From positions 2,319,356 through 2,383,355 of the forward strand of contig NZ_OZ241977.1 of NCBI RefSeq assembly GCF_965204145.1: 64,000 nucleotides of DNA, read 5' to 3'. Under the pieces are notes generated by a model that was given only the letters and a program-made list of their open reading frames with translations, did no database searches and had not been told where the DNA came from. Source of the stretch: Candidatus Poriferisocius sp. (GTDB lineage: Bacteria > Actinomycetota > Acidimicrobiia > Acidimicrobiales > Bin134). Below are positions 58,124-64,000 of this stretch, in pieces (within the stretch, counting starts at the first letter, position 1; the number at the start of each line of letters is the position of its first letter). The position numbers and the translations under genes were made by a program.

Positions 58124-58882
58124 ATGGCTCTTGTGCTCTGCGAGATCGACGACGGCGTTGCCACCGTGACCCTCAACCACCCTGAGGTGCGAAATGCGGT
58201 CAGCTTGGAGATGAACGGAGAGCTCGACGCGGTATTCGACCGCCTGGAGGCCGATGAGTCGGTAGGAGCGGTGGTGCTCACCGGCACGCCTCCGGCGTTC
58301 TCGGCGGGGGCCAACTTGGACGAGCTGCTGGCCGCGGACGACCCCGGCAGCCTGAGTTCCATCTACGCCGGGTTCTTGCGAGTGGCCCACACCCCGTTGC
58401 CCACAGTGGCCGCGGTGAACGGTGCGGCGGTGGGTGCGGGCATGAACTTCGCGCTGGCCTGCGATGTGATCCTGGCCGGGCAAAATGCGATGTTCGAGAG
58501 CCGATTTCTCCAGATCGCCATCCACCCCGGCGGCGGCCACACCTGGCGGCTGCGAAACATCTGCGATCGTCAGACGGCCATGGCCATGGTGCTGTTCGGC
58601 GAGAGGCTCGACGGACCGCGAGCCGCGGAGATCGGACTGGCCTGGAAATGCGTGGACGACGATGCGCTGTTGGAGGAGGCCCATCGCATGGCCCGCCGTC
58701 CAGCCCGCGCCCCGAGAGAGCTGACCAAGGCAATGAAGCAGACGGTCATCGACATGGGCGGGGTGGCCGACAGCGCGGCCGCGGTGGCTCGAGAGGTGGA
58801 GCCTCAGGTGTGGTCGATGAAGCAGCCGGAATTCAAACAGCGGGTGGCCGCCCTCAAGGAGGCCATCAGCAAGTCCAGCTAG
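58124..58882 (+). CDS. Enoyl-CoA hydratase/isomerase
   Basis: 252 aa with 'VATVTLNHPEVRNA', 'FSAGANL' and 'AAVNGAAVGAGMNFALACD'. Confidence 0.9.
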   Translation: MALVLCEIDDGVATVTLNHPEVRNAVSLEMNGELDAVFDRLEADESVGAVVLTGTPPAFSAGANLDELLAADDPGSLSSIYAGFLRVAHTPLPTVAAVNGAAVGAGMNFALACDVILAGQNAMFESRFLQIAIHPGGGHTWRLRNICDRQTAMAMVLFGERLDGPRAAEIGLAWKCVDDDALLEEAHRMARRPARAPRELTKAMKQTVIDMGGVADSAAAVAREVEPQVWSMKQPEFKQRVAALKEAISKSS

Positions 58883-58885
58883 CGG

Positions 58886-59521
58886 CTAGCTCATCCAGCC
58901 GGCCACCAACTCCGGTCCCCGCACCTGCCACTCCTCTGCGGTGATGCCGTAGCGGACGTGGTCTTCCCAGCAGCCGTTGATCTCCAGGTAGCGCAGAGCG
59001 ATGCCCTCGTTACGGATGCCCAGCTTCTCCACCACCCGGCGGCTGGCCTGGTTGCGGGGGATGATGTTGATCTGCACCCGGTGCAGCCCCAGCGTCTCGA
59101 AGGCGTAGTCCAATACCACGACCAGGGCTTCGGGGGCATACTCCCGCCCGGCGTGACGGTGGTCGATCCAGTACCCCACATGGCCGCTTTGGAACGGGCC
59201 CCGCTGCACCCCCGACAAGTTCATCTCCCCTACCAGGCAGCCCTCCGCGAACACGCCGAACCCATAGCCCGCGTCCATCTGACGCTCCCGGTCTCGGGCA
59301 CTGCACCGGGCGGCGAACGCCAAGCGGTCTTCCACTACATCGGGCTGAGTGCTGGGCGGCTTCGGCTCCCACGGAGTAAGCCATTCCCGGTTGGCCCGGC
59401 GCACCGCCTGCCACTCAACGAAGTCACTCTCCACCAGTGGACGCAACTCCACCCGAGACCCGCGCAGCACCTGCCCATCCCGAGTACCCCGAAACCGAGA
59501 CCAAGTCCGCACTCCCCGCAA
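58886..59521 (-). CDS. GNAT family N-acetyltransferase (RimJ/RimL-like)
   Basis: 211 aa with 'GYWIDHRHAGREYAPEAL' and 'LHRVQINIIPRNQASRRVVEKLG'. Confidence 0.85.
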   Translation of the reverse strand: MRGVRTWSRFRGTRDGQVLRGSRVELRPLVESDFVEWQAVRRANREWLTPWEPKPPSTQPDVVEDRLAFAARCSARDRERQMDAGYGFGVFAEGCLVGEMNLSGVQRGPFQSGHVGYWIDHRHAGREYAPEALVVVLDYAFETLGLHRVQINIIPRNQASRRVVEKLGIRNEGIALRYLEINGCWEDHVRYGITAEEWQVRGPELVAGWMS

Positions 59522-59555
59522 ACCTAATCGCCCGACCCGCTGCCCTGCCGGGGGC

Positions 59556-60470
59556 TCAGTCCAGCAAGCTCAGCACCATCCCGTCGAGAATGTCCGACTC
59601 AGAGACCAAGCACGACTCGAACCCGAAGTGCCGCATGATCTTCACCAGAACGGTCATCCCCCCCACAATCACATCCACCCTGCCGGGCTCCAGGCCCGGA
59701 TTGAAGGCCCGGTCAGCCCGAGACTCGGTGGCCAGGGTGCGGAACACGTCCTCGGCTGCGGCCTTGGTCAGCTCGAAGTGGTGGATCTTGTCCCGGTCGT
59801 AGTCATGGAGTCCCTGTTCGACGGCCGCCGCGGTGGAGATGGTGCCCGCCAGCCCCACGAACGTCCGGGCCTGGCGGGCGGCGGGCATTTCCCGGTCGAC
59901 GTCGTCGAGGTGGTCACCGGTCACCGACAAGCAAGCGTGCAGCTCCTCGGGAAGCGGCGGGTCGCCGTGGAGGAATTTCTCGGTGAGGCGGACACAGCCC
60001 ACGTCTAGCGACATGGACGCCTCGCACTCCGAGGTGCCCACGCTCAGCTCAGTGGAGCCTCCCCCCAAGTCCACCACCAAGAACGGCCCCTTCGCCGGAT
60101 CGAGTTCGGCGGTGGCCCCCCGGAACGACAGCTGCCCCTCAGCCAGCCCGCTCAGCAGCTCGGGACGAGTGCCCACCACCGCCTCGGCGGCGTCAAACAG
60201 CTCGTCGCGGTTGGCCGCATCCCGGGCCGCCGAAGTGGCGGTGATCCGCACGGCCTCCACGCCGTGGCCATCCATCACCTCCCGGTAGCGGCGCAGGCAG
60301 TCCAGCGTGCGCTCGATGGCTCCCGGTGCCAGCCGGCCAGTGTGATCCACCCCCTCCCCCAGGCGGGTAATGGTCATCAACCGGTCCAGCGTCTCGGTGC
60401 CGCCCCGGCTGACCAGCAAACGAGTGGAGTTCGTGCCGCAGTCGATGGCGGCCACAACTGGCGGGCTCAC
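59556..60470 (-). CDS. Ppx/GppA family phosphatase
   Basis: 304 aa with 'VAAIDCGTNSTRLLV' and 'DLGGGSTE'. Confidence 0.9.
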   Translation of the reverse strand: MSPPVVAAIDCGTNSTRLLVSRGGTETLDRLMTITRLGEGVDHTGRLAPGAIERTLDCLRRYREVMDGHGVEAVRITATSAARDAANRDELFDAAEAVVGTRPELLSGLAEGQLSFRGATAELDPAKGPFLVVDLGGGSTELSVGTSECEASMSLDVGCVRLTEKFLHGDPPLPEELHACLSVTGDHLDDVDREMPAARQARTFVGLAGTISTAAAVEQGLHDYDRDKIHHFELTKAAAEDVFRTLATESRADRAFNPGLEPGRVDVIVGGMTVLVKIMRHFGFESCLVSESDILDGMVLSLLD

Positions 60471-60970
60471 GTCGGATCTTCGGCTTCCAGATTCTCAGCC
60501 ACCCAGCGTCCGACCGGGTCGTCGCCCCCGGCCAGGAACCAGGCGTAGTGGGCGTGGAGGCACTTGACCCCTTGGCGGGTGCCGCCCACACCGGCGGAAG
60601 GGCGGTGCCCCCCATAGCCGTCGGGGATGGCGGCGTCCCGCTCGGCGGCGTAACGGCGGTGGGCGGCGGCCAGATCATGGGGATCGACGGCGGCTTCGGC
60701 CCGGCGCACTCCTCCGGCCGATTCCAACCGGCTCACCCGCAGCACATCGTCGGGGCCGACCAACCAGTAGCGCGTGGGCATGGGAGTGCCGTCATCCAGA
60801 ATAGGAGCGTTCCTCAGCACCCGAGGAGTGCCGTCATCGGCTCTGACCACTACCTCGTAGGGGGCCCGGGGGGCGCGGCCCAGCAGGGCCTCGACTTGCT
60901 CGTCGTTTCCCAAGCGAAGGGTCAGCCCTTCTTTTTCTTCCTTCTCTTGAAGATTCTCCGGATGATCCAC
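60467..60970 (-). CDS. DUF501 domain protein
   Basis: 'YWLVGP...RLESAGG' and 'GVKCLHAHYAWFLAGGDDPVG'. The GTG at 60970 would overlap coxG by 49 nt. The real start is probably downstream, for example the TTG at 60910 after a purine-rich tract. Confidence 0.75.
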   Translation of the reverse strand: MDHPENLQEKEEKEGLTLRLGNDEQVEALLGRAPRAPYEVVVRADDGTPRVLRNAPILDDGTPMPTRYWLVGPDDVLRVSRLESAGGVRRAEAAVDPHDLAAAHRRYAAERDAAIPDGYGGHRPSAGVGGTRQGVKCLHAHYAWFLAGGDDPVGRWVAENLEAEDPT

Positions 60971-61572
60971 AATGCGGCGATGATCCCGGCAATGGGGCCG
61001 AACTTCTTGGCTGCCGGCGGGCCGGCCACTTCCAAGAGGTCTACCGCTTCGGGCTCGGGGCTGGACACTGCTCTGACGCCTGAGTCGTCAGCAGAAGCGT
61101 CATCACCGGAGGAAGAATCATCGGTGGAGGCTGAAAGCATGGCCTCCAGATTATCGGCAAACTGGTCCATGATCTTCGCACTCACGTCCGGGATGAGATT
61201 TCGGCCGATCTGAGCCACCTTGCCGGTGATCTTGAGGTCGGTGGTGACTCCGACTTTGGTCCGGTTGTCGTCCAGCGCCTCCAGTGTGGCGGTGATGTTG
61301 GCGCTGGCGTTGCCCTGTCCCCGGGTCTCACGGCCCTCGGCCAAAATGACCACCCTGAGGGCGTCTTGGTCTCGCTCGACGAAGGTGGCCTTGCCCTTGT
61401 ACTGGGCGTTGACCGGTCCGACCTTGACTTTGACCACGCCCAGATACTCTTCTCCCTCGATCTCAGTGAGCTGGGCACCCGGCAGACAAGGTGCAATGCG
61501 CTCCACATCGTTGAAGGCGGCCCACACATCGCTGGCCGAGGCGTTTACTTCGATCTCGTTGGTCATTTCCAT
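60922..61572 (-). CDS. coxG: SRPBCC/CoxG-family protein with a C-terminal tail anchor
   Basis: 'ASASDVWAAFNDVERIAPCLPGAQL...VGPVNAQYKG' is CoxG-like. The C-terminus has a Ser/Asp linker, then 'FGPIAGIIAALWII' and 'RRIFKRRKKKKG'. Confidence 0.75.
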   Translation of the reverse strand: MEMTNEIEVNASASDVWAAFNDVERIAPCLPGAQLTEIEGEEYLGVVKVKVGPVNAQYKGKATFVERDQDALRVVILAEGRETRGQGNASANITATLEALDDNRTKVGVTTDLKITGKVAQIGRNLIPDVSAKIMDQFADNLEAMLSASTDDSSSGDDASADDSGVRAVSSPEPEAVDLLEVAGPPAAKKFGPIAGIIAALWIIRRIFKRRKKKKG

Positions 61573-62120
61573 GATTGAAGGTCCTCCAGGGTGTCAAAAT
61601 CCACCGGCTCTCCCAAACAGGATACTTCCGTAACCTGCTCGGGCCTCATTTGCATCAGCATTCTGGCCCCCACATCTCCGCTGGTGGGAAGCAATGGCCA
61701 GACCGCCGCTCCCAGCTTCACCGGGGGGCTGCGGCGGCCCCGATAGACGGCGGTCACCAAGTCGCCCTCGGTCTCCGCCACCGCTCGCCACGATTCGGCG
61801 CCCACCAAGGGCTGATCGCCCAGCCCGATCACCACCGCGTCGTGACCGTCATTCTCTGCGGTGAACACCCCAGCCCGCAGCGAGGTGGCTTGGCCCAGTT
61901 CCCAGGAGTGGTTCTCCACCAGCACCACCCCGTCGGGGATCAGGTCGCGCAACTCCACCGCCCCGGTCACGATATACACCGCGTCGAGCCCGGCCTCCAG
62001 CGCGGCATCGAGGGCGTGTTGCACCACGGTCTTGCCCCGAAACGGGGCTCGTAGCTTGTGGGTGTCTCCCCCGAATCGGGTGCCGGCGCCCGCGGCCAAC
62101 ACGATGGCGGCGGTGGTCAT
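61563..62120 (-). CDS. MobA/MocA-like nucleotidyltransferase (molybdenum cofactor cytidylyltransferase-like)
   Basis: ORF trimmed to the ATG at 62120. Begins 'AAIVLAAGAGTRFG'. 10-nt overlap with coxG. Confidence 0.7.
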   Translation of the reverse strand: MTTAAIVLAAGAGTRFGGDTHKLRAPFRGKTVVQHALDAALEAGLDAVYIVTGAVELRDLIPDGVVLVENHSWELGQATSLRAGVFTAENDGHDAVVIGLGDQPLVGAESWRAVAETEGDLVTAVYRGRRSPPVKLGAAVWPLLPTSGDVGARMLMQMRPEQVTEVSCLGEPVDFDTLEDLQSWK

Positions 62121-62154
62121 TGCTGCGCCCACTCGATCGGTTTGGTCTTGGCCG

Positions 62155-63309
62155 TCATGGCCCGAACACCTCGCCATTGGGGTGGAACGCCGACCAGGCG
62201 AACCAGAACTCGTTGGTGTGGACCACCGGCTCGAGCCGGCTGCCGGCCAACTCGCCGTCGACGGCCTGGCCGAGCACGTTCCAGGTCGAGCCGGTGCGGT
62301 CGTCGGTGAACCGCCCATCGACAGCCGGGGAGAACTCCAACGGCTCGCCGTCCACCCGCCGGTCGAAGGCCAAGGCGGCCCCCACATCCGTGCCGTCCGC
62401 AGTGACGGGGGAATCCAGCGCATCGGCGGTGCCCGGCGACCACAGCACCACCACCGGAACTCCGGCCACAGTGTCGTTCACCACTCTGTTGGCCTGTACC
62501 ACGCTGAACGGGTAGGCCTTGTCATGGTCGTTCACCGTGACCCCAACAGTGCGCTCCAGGGCGGGATAGCGCTCATCCAGGATGGTGGAGTCGAAGAAAC
62601 CGGGAATGGGCGCCAACCGGGAGGTGTACCGCACATAGGGATTGCGGCCATAGCTGCTGGCCGGAAGACCAGGCGGCGCCAGCACTACCCCGTCGGGATA
62701 GCCGGCCTTGAAGTCCCCCCAAGACACGATGGCCGACGGGATCACGTCTAGACGATGACCGGCGTAGGCCCCCACCAGGCCCTCGCCGCCGATCTGCTGC
62801 CACAGAGACTCAGTGGCGTCGTCCCACATCACCAGATCGCTGTTGCGGAGCAGACCCGATGTGCCGAATCGCAGCTGCTGGCCGTCGACCACCGGATCGA
62901 ACACCAGGGCGCTGTTGCGCATCGGGCGGCCTTCGATCTCGTCATTGACGATCTCATGGACGATGAGCATGGCCAGTGGATAGAAGCGAGCGGTATCACC
63001 CACCACCAGGAGCAGGCCGGGTTCGGGGTCTGTCCAGCCGGCGTCCGATGCCGGGGCGAACTCGGGGTTGTCGATGGGCCGGATGCGGTCGCGGATGGGG
63101 ATCACCTGGATGCCGATGCGCAGCTCGTCGAGTTCGATGGTGCGGGTGGACCAGTCGGTGGCCCAACCACCCGAGACGAACGCCAGATCCCCGGTGGGCG
63201 CCTCGCCCCCGGTGATCACCTGTGGGGTGGGCGGGGCAGGAATCGGATCAGAGCTGCCACAGGACGAGAGCACCAGCGCCACCGCTACCAGCGGGGCGAG
63301 GCGCTTCAT
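62155..63309 (-). CDS. DUF3179 domain lipoprotein
   Basis: ORF trimmed to the ATG at 63309. Lipobox 'VLSSCG'. 'RIRPIDNPEF' and 'GTSGLLRNSDLVMWD' are DUF3179-like. Confidence 0.7.
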   Translation of the reverse strand: MKRLAPLVAVALVLSSCGSSDPIPAPPTPQVITGGEAPTGDLAFVSGGWATDWSTRTIELDELRIGIQVIPIRDRIRPIDNPEFAPASDAGWTDPEPGLLLVVGDTARFYPLAMLIVHEIVNDEIEGRPMRNSALVFDPVVDGQQLRFGTSGLLRNSDLVMWDDATESLWQQIGGEGLVGAYAGHRLDVIPSAIVSWGDFKAGYPDGVVLAPPGLPASSYGRNPYVRYTSRLAPIPGFFDSTILDERYPALERTVGVTVNDHDKAYPFSVVQANRVVNDTVAGVPVVVLWSPGTADALDSPVTADGTDVGAALAFDRRVDGEPLEFSPAVDGRFTDDRTGSTWNVLGQAVDGELAGSRLEPVVHTNEFWFAWSAFHPNGEVFGP

Positions 63310-64000
63310 CCCTCGGCCGGCGGGCGGTGGATGGGGCCTTCGCTGTCGCGCAGCGAAGGAGCGGCGTGGCCAGTGCGATTGGCGATGATCTCGGCGCACA
63401 CCGAGATGGCGGTCTCCTCCGGCGTGCGGGAGCCGATGTCCAGCCCGATAGGGGCCATGAGCCGGTCAATTCCCTTCTGGTCTACCCCCACTTCGTGCAA
63501 CCGCTCCAGGCGGGTGGCGTGGGTGCGACGGCTCCCCATCACCCCGATATAGCCCACATCGGTGGCCACCGCCCGCTGCACGGCGGGCACGTCGAACTTG
63601 GGATCGTGGGTGAGGATGCACACCGCGTCGTGGGGGCCGAGCCGCCCGCCGTAGTGGTCGAACACCTCATCGGGCCAGGCCACCATCACCCGGTCGGCCA
63701 TGGGGAACCGCTTGACGGTGGCGAACACCGAGCGGGCGTCGGCCACGATCACGTTGAACCCCAGCAGCTTGCCGGCCCGGGCCAGGGCGGCGGTGAAGTC
63801 CACCGCTCCGAAGACGAGCATGATCGGCGGCGGCGAGAACGACTCGATGAATACCGACACGTCGGTCTCCCGAGCCTGCCCCTCGGCGCCGTAGTGGCGC
63901 ACGCCGGTGCGGCCGGCGGCCAGCTCCCCCACTGCGTCGCGGCTTACAATCCGGTCCAGCTCGGGATGGCCCAAGGTGCCGAGAATGTCGCCGTCGGGCT
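63306..64000 (-). CDS. xdhC: XdhC/CoxI family accessory protein (5' end probably beyond the window)
   Basis: 'IMLVFGAVDFTAALARAGKLLGFNV', 'ILTHDPKFD' and 'YIGVMGSRRTH'. The reading frame stays open to the window edge. Confidence 0.8.
   Translation of the reverse strand, partial: PDGDILGTLGHPELDRIVSRDAVGELAAGRTGVRHYGAEGQARETDVSVFIESFSPPPIMLVFGAVDFTAALARAGKLLGFNVIVADARSVFATVKRFPMADRVMVAWPDEVFDHYGGRLGPHDAVCILTHDPKFDVPAVQRAVATDVGYIGVMGSRRTHATRLERLHEVGVDQKGIDRLMAPIGLDIGSRTPEETAISVCAEIIANRTGHAAPSLRDSEGPIHRPPAEG

Overview
The window is a high-GC, Actinomycetota-like chromosomal segment. Hand counts on 60-nt lines give about 67% GC in the backbone. It is tightly packed with roughly 60 CDS, and most are catabolic.

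Backbone content:
- Three amidohydrolase_2 paralogs, four crotonases, two acyl-CoA dehydrogenases, a thiolase and two acyl-CoA ligases.
- A translationally coupled 4-subunit 2-oxoacid:ferredoxin oxidoreductase.
- A 7-gene operon joining a BMP-type ABC importer to a dehydrogenase, an O-methyltransferase and a TRZ/ATZ amidohydrolase.
- An operon of VOC, cupin, hydantoinase A/B, CoA ligase and Rieske oxygenase genes.
- A Cu P-type ATPase, methylmalonyl-CoA epimerase, Ppx/GppA, DUF501, and coxG/mocA-like/xdhC accessory genes.

The outlier is a lower-GC insertion of about 9.7 kb (about 38.27-47.95 kb; spot counts of 45-53% GC in its distal half). It sits between a VOC gene and an amidohydrolase gene. 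It carries vapBC, hicAB and a two-gene operon. The first gene encodes a 1115-aa protein with no motif I can recognise. The second encodes a 1601-aa SF2 DExH helicase fused to a C-terminal DUF1998/MZB-type Cys cluster. This is the best candidate for a defence system. Its architecture resembles Druantia type III (DruH/DruE), but I cannot verify homology of the partner protein, so it may be a new variant.

I recognised no rRNA, tRNA, CRISPR, transposase or integrase. All family calls come from motif and architecture recognition by eye. No database search was run. Many start codons are re-picked from the ORF track and remain uncertain by tens of nucleotides.
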